From contig JAZDNV010000009.1 in assembly GCA_043799385.1 (NCBI GenBank), positions 1 to 47,427 of the forward strand: 47,427 nt of DNA. Reading direction: 5' to 3'. Shown piece after piece: positions 20,502 to 29,429 of this stretch. Under the pieces are notes generated by a model. The model made no database searches and was not told where the DNA came from. It worked only from the letters and a program-made list of their open reading frames with translations. Every line of letters begins with the position of its first letter. Positions within the stretch are counted from its first letter, which is position 1. Source of the DNA: Candidatus Aenigmatarchaeota archaeon. GTDB lineage: Archaea; Aenigmatarchaeota; Aenigmatarchaeia; GW2011-AR5. The position numbers and the translations under genes are program-made.

Positions 20502-20539
20502 TCGTTTTTTGATAAATCTTTTTTTAAAAAAAGATTTAT
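20502..20539 (-). repeat. Family B hairpin element just downstream of 5S rRNA
   Basis: Sense strand ATAAATCTTTTTTTAAAAAAAGATTTAT (perfect 28-nt palindrome) followed by CAAAAAACGA. Confidence 0.7.
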
Positions 20540-20540
20540 G

Positions 20541-20662
20541 TGCAGTTAGCAACGTCCTGCTGTTTCCGGTTTGTGTCCAGTACTTAGCACATCGCTGGAG
20601 AGATTCACTTCCAAGTTCGGATGGGTTTGGGTCTAGCCTCTCCGCTTTGGTCGCCAACCACA
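20541..20662 (-). rRNA. rrf: 5S rRNA (unlinked from 16S/23S)
   Basis: About 122 nt; helix I GTGGTTGGCGAC/GTTGCTAACTGC; conserved CCCATCCGAAC..GGAAGTGAA core; helix II GGAGAG/CTCTCC. Confidence 0.88.
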
Positions 20663-20685
20663 AAGATTATTATACTACAGTCACT

Positions 20686-20701
20686 TATTTAAAGTTTTTC
20701 T
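20686..20701 (-). promoter_or_regulatory. BRE + TATA promoter of the 5S rRNA unit
   Basis: Minus strand AGAAAAACTTTAAATA about 25-30 nt upstream of the 5S 5' end. Confidence 0.65.
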
Positions 20702-20708
20702 CTACTGT

Positions 20709-20805
20709 GGCTTTGTTTAAAAATTGATGAGCATCATTTAGATGCTCATCGACGTTAGGTTATCAGCGCTAAAGCAAGCTGATAACCTAGTTTTTAAACA
20801 AAGCC
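20709..20805. repeat. Dispersed palindromic element, family A, copy 2
   Basis: Perfect 15-bp terminal IR GGCTTTGTTTAAAAA enclosing hairpins GATGAGCATC/GATGCTCATC and TAGGTTATCAGC/GCTGATAACCTA. Confidence 0.85.
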
Positions 20806-20889
20806 TTTACTGACGGATAACGAATAGAATTATTTCTCGCGTCTGCGAAACAAAAAAAGCCTTTTATACATCACTGATAAGTGATTATT

Positions 20890-21303
20890 ATGACGAGAAT
20901 GGCAGAGATTCTGGATTGTTACGAAAGGACTTATGGCCAGAAACCGTGGGTTGAACTGAGCTATGCTAGTTTTGATGGCTTTCAGATAGAGAAATACAGA
21001 ACCCATGGCATTGCCGAGGCGATATGCAGATTTTCGGATGCCAGGACCTGCCTCAGGGTTGAGCACTTCATTGTTGATGCACAACCCCTTCTGGAAATCG
21101 CACAGCCAAAATACGCCTGGTTCAGCAAAATTCTACCTGACTGTGTTGGCGTAGCCGTGTCTTCTGGAAAACAAAAACATGAGCATAATGCGGTTGAGCT
21201 CAATACACAGGAAATTATAGAAGGACTGGAGATAAGGTTCTATTCTGATACTAACAGACAGATGCCATTCACCGTTGAAATTGTGCCGTTATACAAACGG
21301 TAG
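20890..21303 (+). CDS. Hypothetical protein
   Basis: About 137-aa ORF preceded by AAAAAAAGCCTTTTATA (BRE/TATA-like); no recognisable motif. Confidence 0.55.
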   Translation: MTRMAEILDCYERTYGQKPWVELSYASFDGFQIEKYRTHGIAEAICRFSDARTCLRVEHFIVDAQPLLEIAQPKYAWFSKILPDCVGVAVSSGKQKHEHNAVELNTQEIIEGLEIRFYSDTNRQMPFTVEIVPLYKR

Positions 21304-21396
21304 CAACTTCGCCGCATAGAGGAAAGCGATGCCCAGTGCGATGGCTGCGATTACGATGATTATAATAATTAATGTTTTAAGGCTCATTTTGGTCAT
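21289..21396 (-). CDS. Single-TM microprotein (35 aa; not in ORF track)
   Basis: MTKMSLKTLIIIIIVIAAIALGIAFLYAAKLLPFV*; ATG abuts the TAG of the giant surface-protein gene. Confidence 0.6.
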   Translation of the reverse strand: MTKMSLKTLIIIIIVIAAIALGIAFLYAAKLLPFV

Positions 21397-24300
21397 CTAT
21401 TTCTTATTGTACTTGTAATAAAACTTCTTCACATGATGGTGGCCGTGATAATACAACCATCCTAATATGATTATCAAAACCATGACAGTTGCGATTATTC
21501 CAGGCCAGTAGTCGATCCATATCTGCGTCACTACCGTTGTTATCTCTGTTATCGTTTTTGGCATTTCTATTGGTTTTTCTGCTGGCTTGCAATCACTAGG
21601 GCAGCTATTGATGTTTTCGCTGCTCTCGCATTTACCGTCACCGCAGACCGGCCCTGACGGCTGAGTTGGCTGCTGCGGTTGCGCAGGCTTTTCAGCTGCA
21701 ACTACGAAAACGGACAACCCTGGTGAAGACGACTGATACTGTATATCTGTGTCGCTTTCGCCTATTTTTGATGTTATCATTTTCGTCCAGCCGCTGCTGT
21801 ACCTGTACAAATAAACATTATCGAACGTGAATCCATTCGTGTTCAGCCATGACTTTGTAACGTTAAATTTAATGCTGACCGAACTGATATCCGCATCGGT
21901 TATGTTCAGTGTTGTTATCTCTATCCATTGGTTGACTGTACCTGCTGGTGTCGTCACAGATGATGGTTGGCTTGATAGCCTTGTAACCGTCAGGGTAACA
22001 TCGGTCAGGTTCTTGTTAGACTTGAATTCTATTTCCTTGAACACAAGCGTCAGGTCGTTTAGCGTCATCTTGTTAGTGATGCCCGGAACCACGGTCATCC
22101 ATGTCTTCTTTGTTCCACCTGCTGCGCCTCCGCCGCCGCCGCCACCGCCACTACCGCCAGTCGTGGTTGTCGTGGTGTTTGATGTCGGCGAGTTTGTCCT
22201 CCATATGGAGAAGTCACAAGGTATCTTCCACTCGCAATAAGTCGCCGTGTTGTTCAGCAGCGTTGATTCTGAAGTTCGGTCTACGCAATTGCTGCCATCA
22301 TCCTGGCAGTGCCATACCTTTGTACATGTTCCATTATTTCCCTTTGGTATCTGAACGATGCAGTATTTAGGAACCAATTTCGTTGTCAGGTTGTCGAACA
22401 CAGAACTGTTCATGCCTACGTATCCTGCTCCGCCTGACTGGCCCTCTGTTACATTCAACAAGATTGAAAGCGAACCTATTAACGTTGCATTATCGAATAT
22501 TATCGAGCCGTTTGTTCCCTCGACTTTTACGTCTATAGTGGATGAAGTATAATTGAATTTCATTCCAGCATCTGCTCCGCAGCCGCCGCCCTGGTCAGCC
22601 CAGCCTGAGCCAGAATCGAACTTGACATTCGTTCCCTCGAATTTGACTGTGAATTCGCAGCTAGGACAATCTCTCCTGTTCCTGCTGTTTGATGTCGTGA
22701 AGTTCAGGCAAGCGGAATAACCGCAGTTGCCAGACGAATCGCATATCTTCAGTTTGTAATAATATGTTGTCGCGTTTGACAGGTTGTATCCAAGCCTTTG
22801 CGGATTGAATGCAAAATTATCTATCGGCCCGTCATGCCAGTTCTTGTAATTATCCCAACTATCATTGTTGAGCAAGCCTGAATCTAATAGAGTCTTGTTT
22901 ATCGTTCCGCAAACGCTGTCATTGTAATAGAATTGTATCGTGCCATTCGCTGGTTCGTCAGTATCATACTTTACGAATGCACCGTCAGGGTACGTCTCTA
23001 CTTTGTACCATTTCAGGCCAGGTGCAACTGTGTCATTGTATCCGGCTGCATTAACTCCTGTGCCCGCGCAGTTCATAGCAAACTTGCAATCAGGATCATT
23101 GCAATCAACCAAGCCATCACTATCCTCATCGTTACCGCTCGCAAAGCAATCCTCGTACATGATGAATCCCATCTGCTGGAATTTCATGCAGTCAGGGTCA
23201 TTTTCAGACGTGAAGCCGTCGTTGTCCATGTCAACTCCTGAAATCATGCAGTTCTCGAACTTGAAGTCTACTGTGCCCGGACTATAATATGAAGGTCCTA
23301 TTGCATCTATTGGATTGATTTCGCTTGCTGTCTTGCCGGCAGTTGATGCATACACCCGTATCTTCTTCTCTGGCTTGTATAGAGACTGGAACTTCTTCAA
23401 ATCGTCCTTGTCAACTGCTATCATTGCTCCGCCGATTTCCTCGCATACCAAATTCTGCCAGACGCTTAATTTTATATCAGTTATGACCCAGTCGCCGTCG
23501 TCGCATCTGTAGGACGTTTTCGTCTCTTTCAGCTCGCCGTCACTCCATTTGGCTATGTACTTCAGGAAGAATTCATATCCTACTGCAGATGCATTATTAT
23601 AAAGTGGGCAACCGCCGCTTTCGATTCCATCGGTGTCAAGGTACCAGTAGAACTTTGTCGTGTTCGTTCCGCTGCCAGAAATCGTCGTTCTCGTTGACTG
23701 GTTTGCCAGGACCTGCTGGCCCTTGCACAAAGCAGAGTCTTTCATGCTGAACACCATTGTTCCGAATGCAAAGTTATCGGGCATATCCCTGACTCCGAAA
23801 CCGCATATGTCCTGTGGCTGATCTATCGCCTCAGGGCACGTGTCCATTCCCAATGGTACTGGCTCTCCGCTCTCCATTCCCTTGAACATCTGCTTTGCCA
23901 TTTTCGGCTCGCAGAAACCAAGACGCCAGTTGCAGTAAGGCATGTTGCCAAGGCACGCATTTGAAGTTGAATAATTGAAACATCTCGGCTCGCACGTGCT
24001 CATGTTCGTGCCGGTAAATGCACCGCCACCGCCGACTGGACCGCCTTCTATCCCAAAACCGCCGCCGCCTGCGCCACCAAAGCCGAATTCGCTGCCTCCC
24101 ATCATTGTTTTTGTAACCCATGCACAGTTTCCTGCTGCGACGCCGCCTAGATCGCCATTACAGTCAGCCGGATTCGAATATATGTGGCACCTCATCAGGA
24201 TGAAGTCACAGTATCCGTTTCCAGACATGTCTGCAACCCATGTGCAGTTGCCTGTACACGAAGTCTGATTCTTTATATTCATGCAGTTGTTCATGAGGGT

Positions 24301-27300
24301 CTGATTCATATCGCAGGAACCGCCTGCTGACTTCCACTCACATGATTTTGCCAGGCCGCAATTATATGAGTCGCTGTACTGCCAGCAGTCCTCTGACTTC
24401 ATACCCAAAGACGATGCAGGATCGCAGAAGCCCGACACCCACACGCAATCAGTGGTGCTATTGCACGTTGAGAATATCTGGTAAGCGCTGCTGTCGCATT
24501 TGTCCGTGCACTCGCCCTTTGACGCGTTCAGCTGGTCAGGTATCCAGCTACAGTATGCAGTCGTATTCTGGCATAGTGATTTACCGTAACTGCTGCATTT
24601 TACAAGCTTGTATTCGCACGTGCCTGTGCCTGTTGACGGATTAAATGTCCACTTGCAGTCTGAATTGGCCTTGCATGAGCCTTCAGCTGTTAGTTTAAAG
24701 CATGTCTCAATCTTTGTATTATTAATCTCGCAATAACCGCCCTTAGGGTCGTTGTACCACTGGCACAATCCTGATTGGTTAGCGCAGCCAGACGGGTTGC
24801 CGTCCCACATGAAGCAGTTCTCGCCTTTTGTTCCGCACCACGTCTTGCCTGCCCATGAATCAATTATCCATAGGCAGTTCTCAGATGAGTGGTTGGCGCA
24901 TATAGTTTGTGTCGTATACTTCCAGCAATCAGAAACCATGCCTGCTCCGCAGAACGGATCAGAATAACAATCAACGTCTTCGCAATCGGTCTTGCCGTCA
25001 CCGTCGTCGTCAGTGCCGTCAAAGCATATCTCCTTGTCAAAGTTCTTTGGCTTGCATAATTTTATATTTTCATCCCATACGCAGCTTCCTTTTGTGCCTT
25101 TTCCGTAATTCACGCATGAAACCTCGTCATAACAGCGGAAGCAGTCTTCGCTACATGATTTCTCGCTCTGCGGATAGCACCAGCCGCCAGCAGTAGTCGT
25201 TCCAGCACTATCTTCTACCCACTTGCAGTTTGCAGACGATGACTCACACGTAGTTTTCGGTGACGCTTTCTTCTCGCATGCTTTGCAATCAGAGTTGCAA
25301 TCGCCTTTGCCGAACTTTATGTCATCCGGCATCTTGCAGTAACCAAAGCCGTTCGGTGCAGTGTTATTGGTGGTCCAGTTACAATATCCGAGTTTAGAGC
25401 CCTTGCACGCGCCTATTGCCTCTGTGGCATTGTTCCACATTGTTCCGTTCGGCCGGTATTCGCAAGCCCAGCAGGATGCGTCGCAGCTCTTGCCTGATGC
25501 ACCTGACTTTACCTCGCACCAGCCGTAAGGCACGGTCTTATTATTCTCGCAGTAGTATTCCTGTTTCCAGATGCCACCGGCGAATTCGCAGTCTTTCTTG
25601 CTCATTATCTTTCCTAAATCCTTTCCGCCTGTACCGAATTTTTCGTCTGACCTGAACGTGCAGCGATCATCAGATGTATCAACAGTTCCCATGCTGTCCC
25701 ATTTGCAAGGCATATACCACGGGTCTGCTGCTATCTGGTTGCATAACGTTTGATCAGTATAAGAATTGTAATCCTCGCAGTATGTTGCACCTTCTGGCGA
25801 TGGCTGCATGTTCTCGAAGCACTTTGCACTTACTGTATCTGCCTGGCATGTGTTGTTCTGCCATTTGCAGCACGATGCAAGGACAGGTATCTTGCTGCAT
25901 AACGTTGAGGATGAAATATTACCGCACTGTATGCCTGACTCAAGACCGACACACTGCGATGAATTGGCAGACCATCCGCAACCAGTGACATTCTGGCACT
26001 TTGTTTTCTGATTATCAAATATCCAGCAACCAGGGTTCATCTTGTCCTGCTCGAACTGGTTAATCCATGTGTTAGAAGGCTCTTCACATGTTCCGTTTAC
26101 GTTCCACCAGCAATATCCGCTGTTCTTGCATCCGGTTTCATTATTACTGTATTGAGAGCAGCCTGTCATAGACTCGCCGCAATAGCCGTTCTGCCAGCTG
26201 CAGGACAGGTTATATAATGCCGTTGCATTGCCACACGTAGATTGGTTGAACATCCAGCATCTTCGTTCCTCGCAGTAGCTGTTCGTGCTCCACGAACAGT
26301 TCTTGGCTGTACAAGAATCGCTGTCGTGATAAACCCAGCAGCCCTCGTTAGTGCACCATCCTAATCCGGTTGAATCCCATATGCAGCCAGCGTCTCTGCA
26401 TGCAGTGGTATTAGGGTATGCCCAGCAACCTACCTCACTGCAATAATTATATATTTCATTCCAGGTACAGTTCATTCTGTCAGTATTGTTCACGCATCCG
26501 GATTGGTTCCAGTAGTTCCAACAGCCCTTCATGTCGCACCAGCTGCTTCCAACATTCGTTACCCATCTGCACCTTGAGTTATTACCGCAGCCGGTTGAAT
26601 TCGTATAATTCCAGCAATTTACATTGCACCATCCGTATTCCTTCCATTCGCAGTTTAGTCCTGAACCCTGGCATTGGGTTTGATTATTAAAGAAGTTCCA
26701 GCAGCCGACCTCCTCGCACCAGCCTGATGACGTCGCGGTCGCCCAGCTGCAGCTCAGGTCAGCAGATGTTAAATTGCATGACGACTGGTTCGTATATTCC
26801 CAGCAACCTTTCTTTGTGCAGTATGGCGATTGCCACTTGCATGTGGCATTCATCGCTGTGCATCCGGTTTCATTGTAATCATAATTCCAGCAGCTGAGTG
26901 TTGTTGGCTCAGAACAATAGCCGCCGGATGATGACCAGTTGAATCCTGCACCAACACAGGTGGATTGGGTATTGTAATTCCACGGGCCGAGCTCTTCGCA
27001 CCACGTACTCTGCGTCCAGTTGCAGCCAGGCGAAGCTAGGCATGTATCATTGGTCCAGTAGTTCCAGCAGTTCGTGCCTGTTGAATTAAAGGAACCGCAC
27101 CATCCTGACGTCTTCCAGTTGCAGTTTAGAGTATCCGATGAATTTAGGCATGAGTTATTGTTATTATAATTCCAGCAGCCGACCTGGTAGCAATAATTAT
27201 AAGATTCCCATGTGCAGTTTATCGTACTGTGCAACGTAGAATTGTCGCAATTTGTCTGGTCGTAATAGTTCCAGCAGTTCGGCTCGTAGCAGTAATTAGA

Positions 27301-29028
27301 CTGATTGTTCCATAAACAATTCGGCACCGCAGTGCAGTTCGTCTGATTGTTGTAGTTCCAGCAGCCGTATTCCTGGCAATAGCTGTATGTTGAATCCCAT
27401 TTGCACATATCGGATAATGCATGCGCATCGCAATCTGTTTTTGTATTGTAGCTCCAGCAACCTTTCTCAGAGCACGAACCCCACGAATACCAGTTGCATG
27501 TATTGTCTGCGGCACATGTATTGTTTGTCGTGTAATCATAGCAACCAGTCTTCTGGCAGTAAGAATTTATTGTCCAGTTGCAGTTTAGTGTATCGTTCGT
27601 AGCCATACATCCGTCCTGAGAATAATAGTTCCAGCAGTATGGCTTATAACAATAACTTCCGCTCAATGACCACGTGCAACCATAAGTACTCGCAGCATCG
27701 CATGACGATTGATTGCTGTAACTCCAGCAACCCTTGTCAGAGCAGTAATTATATGTACCATCCCACGTACAGTCATAAGTATCAGTCGCATTCGAGCATG
27801 TTTCGTTTGTATTGAGACTCCAACACCCATAGTTTGTGCAATAACTGTATGTCGAGTTCCATCTGCAGTCATCAGATGCATGGGCGATGCACGTTGACTC
27901 ATTATAATAATTCGAGCAATATATTTGGTTGCAGTAGCCGTATGTCTTCCAGCTGCAGCCCAAAGATGAGGCAGCACTGCACGTAGCATTTGCCGCGTAA
28001 TTCCAGCAGCCCGGCTCTTCGCAATAACTCCACTGGGAGTTCCAACTGCAGACAGGATTCGCCGAAGCTGTGCATGTTGCGTTTGTATTTAAATTCCAGC
28101 AACTTGTCTTTGAGCAATAACTGCCGTCCCAAGTACATGTCAGATTCGGGTGAGCTGTTGTGTTTGAGCACGTTGCGTTTGTCATATAACTCCAGCAAGT
28201 GATTTCATTGCAATAACTATAATTGAAGTTCCACTCACAGTTCAAGGACGGATGCAGCGATGAATCTGTGCACGTTGCATTTGTATTGTAAAGCCAGCAG
28301 GATTTCTGCGTGCAGTACTCGCTACCAGACCATGAGCATTTGGGATTGCTCGAGCACGTATCCTTTGTGTATATGTTCCAGCATGTTGTCATGTTCTCTT
28401 TGCAATAACCACTACTGCCCTGCGAGCCCCATGCGCAGTTCGCGTTAAGATGCAACGTTGTGTCCGTGCAGTTTCCCTGGTCGTAATAGCTCCAGCAACC
28501 AACTTCAGAGCATGTGCCTGACGTCCATGTGCAGCTGGCGCCCTGACACCCAATCTGGTCATTGTAATTCCAGCAGCTCTTGCTCGAATCGCCCGAACAG
28601 TAGCCGTAGGACGAGTCCCACTTGCATGTCAGATTATCAGTCGTGCTTCCGCATGATGATGAATCCTTGTAGTCCCAGCAGTTGGGTTTAGTGCAATAAC
28701 CATAACCTGTCCAGTTGCAGTTGCCCGGGCAGGTTGTAGAATTGTAATTCCAGCAGGTTTTTTTATAACACCAGCCGCCACCCCACGTTGAGTTCTCCCA
28801 TGTGCAGTTCGCAACGTTGCAGCTCGACTCATTATAATAATTCCAGCAGCCCTTCTCCTCGCACCAACCGTATGATGGCTGCGCGTGCCACTGGCAACCG
28901 CCTACTGCAGAACATGTAACATTTGTACCAAAGTTCCAGCAACCTGTTACGGCAGCAAAGCCGATACTGAAGAGCAAGAAGAATGAGAAGAACAGAGCTA
29001 ATGCGAGTAGTTTTTTACTCAAATTCAT
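21397..29028 (-). CDS. Giant secreted, membrane-anchored Cys/Trp-repeat surface protein with PGF-pre-PGF-like domain
   Basis: Signal peptide; about 40 four-Cys repeats (CWxY..C..CxW..C); three DxDxDG..DxDC motifs; FN3-like segment (YYYKLKICDSSGN); Thr/Gly linker; SPGLSVFVV; CGDGKCE..EN..SCPSDC; C-terminal TM with basic tail. Confidence 0.9.
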   Translation of the reverse strand: MNLSKKLLALALFFSFFLLFSIGFAAVTGCWNFGTNVTCSAVGGCQWHAQPSYGWCEEKGCWNYYNESSCNVANCTWENSTWGGGWCYKKTCWNYNSTTCPGNCNWTGYGYCTKPNCWDYKDSSSCGSTTDNLTCKWDSSYGYCSGDSSKSCWNYNDQIGCQGASCTWTSGTCSEVGCWSYYDQGNCTDTTLHLNANCAWGSQGSSGYCKENMTTCWNIYTKDTCSSNPKCSWSGSEYCTQKSCWLYNTNATCTDSSLHPSLNCEWNFNYSYCNEITCWSYMTNATCSNTTAHPNLTCTWDGSYCSKTSCWNLNTNATCTASANPVCSWNSQWSYCEEPGCWNYAANATCSAASSLGCSWKTYGYCNQIYCSNYYNESTCIAHASDDCRWNSTYSYCTNYGCWSLNTNETCSNATDTYDCTWDGTYNYCSDKGCWSYSNQSSCDAASTYGCTWSLSGSYCYKPYCWNYYSQDGCMATNDTLNCNWTINSYCQKTGCYDYTTNNTCAADNTCNWYSWGSCSEKGCWSYNTKTDCDAHALSDMCKWDSTYSYCQEYGCWNYNNQTNCTAVPNCLWNNQSNYCYEPNCWNYYDQTNCDNSTLHSTINCTWESYNYCYQVGCWNYNNNNSCLNSSDTLNCNWKTSGWCGSFNSTGTNCWNYWTNDTCLASPGCNWTQSTWCEELGPWNYNTQSTCVGAGFNWSSSGGYCSEPTTLSCWNYDYNETGCTAMNATCKWQSPYCTKKGCWEYTNQSSCNLTSADLSCSWATATSSGWCEEVGCWNFFNNQTQCQGSGLNCEWKEYGWCNVNCWNYTNSTGCGNNSRCRWVTNVGSSWCDMKGCWNYWNQSGCVNNTDRMNCTWNEIYNYCSEVGCWAYPNTTACRDAGCIWDSTGLGWCTNEGCWVYHDSDSCTAKNCSWSTNSYCEERRCWMFNQSTCGNATALYNLSCSWQNGYCGESMTGCSQYSNNETGCKNSGYCWWNVNGTCEEPSNTWINQFEQDKMNPGCWIFDNQKTKCQNVTGCGWSANSSQCVGLESGIQCGNISSSTLCSKIPVLASCCKWQNNTCQADTVSAKCFENMQPSPEGATYCEDYNSYTDQTLCNQIAADPWYMPCKWDSMGTVDTSDDRCTFRSDEKFGTGGKDLGKIMSKKDCEFAGGIWKQEYYCENNKTVPYGWCEVKSGASGKSCDASCWACEYRPNGTMWNNATEAIGACKGSKLGYCNWTTNNTAPNGFGYCKMPDDIKFGKGDCNSDCKACEKKASPKTTCESSSANCKWVEDSAGTTTAGGWCYPQSEKSCSEDCFRCYDEVSCVNYGKGTKGSCVWDENIKLCKPKNFDKEICFDGTDDDGDGKTDCEDVDCYSDPFCGAGMVSDCWKYTTQTICANHSSENCLWIIDSWAGKTWCGTKGENCFMWDGNPSGCANQSGLCQWYNDPKGGYCEINNTKIETCFKLTAEGSCKANSDCKWTFNPSTGTGTCEYKLVKCSSYGKSLCQNTTAYCSWIPDQLNASKGECTDKCDSSAYQIFSTCNSTTDCVWVSGFCDPASSLGMKSEDCWQYSDSYNCGLAKSCEWKSAGGSCDMNQTLMNNCMNIKNQTSCTGNCTWVADMSGNGYCDFILMRCHIYSNPADCNGDLGGVAAGNCAWVTKTMMGGSEFGFGGAGGGGFGIEGGPVGGGGAFTGTNMSTCEPRCFNYSTSNACLGNMPYCNWRLGFCEPKMAKQMFKGMESGEPVPLGMDTCPEAIDQPQDICGFGVRDMPDNFAFGTMVFSMKDSALCKGQQVLANQSTRTTISGSGTNTTKFYWYLDTDGIESGGCPLYNNASAVGYEFFLKYIAKWSDGELKETKTSYRCDDGDWVITDIKLSVWQNLVCEEIGGAMIAVDKDDLKKFQSLYKPEKKIRVYASTAGKTASEINPIDAIGPSYYSPGTVDFKFENCMISGVDMDNDGFTSENDPDCMKFQQMGFIMYEDCFASGNDEDSDGLVDCNDPDCKFAMNCAGTGVNAAGYNDTVAPGLKWYKVETYPDGAFVKYDTDEPANGTIQFYYNDSVCGTINKTLLDSGLLNNDSWDNYKNWHDGPIDNFAFNPQRLGYNLSNATTYYYKLKICDSSGNCGYSACLNFTTSNSRNRRDCPSCEFTVKFEGTNVKFDSGSGWADQGGGCGADAGMKFNYTSSTIDVKVEGTNGSIIFDNATLIGSLSILLNVTEGQSGGAGYVGMNSSVFDNLTTKLVPKYCIVQIPKGNNGTCTKVWHCQDDGSNCVDRTSESTLLNNTATYCEWKIPCDFSIWRTNSPTSNTTTTTTGGSGGGGGGGGAAGGTKKTWMTVVPGITNKMTLNDLTLVFKEIEFKSNKNLTDVTLTVTRLSSQPSSVTTPAGTVNQWIEITTLNITDADISSVSIKFNVTKSWLNTNGFTFDNVYLYRYSSGWTKMITSKIGESDTDIQYQSSSPGLSVFVVAAEKPAQPQQPTQPSGPVCGDGKCESSENINSCPSDCKPAEKPIEMPKTITEITTVVTQIWIDYWPGIIATVMVLIIILGWLYYHGHHHVKKFYYKYNKK

Positions 29029-29061
29029 TGTAATCTTGATTTTTATTATATCTTTCCCGAA

Positions 29062-29075
29062 ATATAAAGTTTTTT
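29062..29075 (-). promoter_or_regulatory. BRE + TATA for the giant surface-protein gene
   Basis: Minus strand AAAAAACTTTATAT about 35-45 nt before ATG 29028. Confidence 0.5.
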
Positions 29076-29221
29076 ATGGGGGTTTTTCTGTTTTTTTGAT
29101 TGTAATGCATGTGTAATTTCCTTCGCAATCTTTCTTTGCTTTGTCTGAAAATTAAATTTTTATAAGCATTTCATCTATAGATAAGAATAGACCAACGCAT
29201 ATCAATGCATTTATGCGTTTT

Positions 29222-29427
29222 GCTGGCATGACAGAGCGGCCATGTGCTTGCCTGCAGTAAGCTTCTTTTTTGAAAAAGAAGCTTAATCAAGAAAATCTCT
29301 CAATTTCCAAAAGAAAAGGGAATGAGGGTAAAGGGAGAATACACACCGAAGCACCTTTGGTGCTTCAAGCAGTTTATTTCTCCTTTGCAGAGAGCAAGAT
29401 AGCCCGGTTCAACTCCGGGTGCCAGCT
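29222..29427 (+). tRNA. tRNA-Cys(GCA) with a 135-nt 37/38 intron (29258-29392)
   Basis: Exons GCTGGCATGACAGAGCGGCCATGTGCTTGCCTGCAG / AGCAAGATAGCCCGGTTCAACTCCGGGTGCCAGCT; BHB central helix CTGC/GCAG. Confidence 0.9.
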
Positions 29428-29429
29428 TT

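Noticed and set aside
20509..20727. 72-aa plus-strand ORF
   Set aside because: Antisense to the 5S rRNA gene.
20709..20805. Hammerhead ribozyme reading of the three-way junction (contains TGATGA)
   Set aside because: No CUGAUGA plus GAAA core on either strand; the TGATGA is paired within hairpin 1.
25830..28950. CRISPR array or DGR template/variable repeats in the periodic TTCCAGCA pattern
   Set aside because: The periodicity is the codon signature of CWN repeats in one open frame; I saw no long identical repeats, no adenine-specific repeat pair and no reverse transcriptase.
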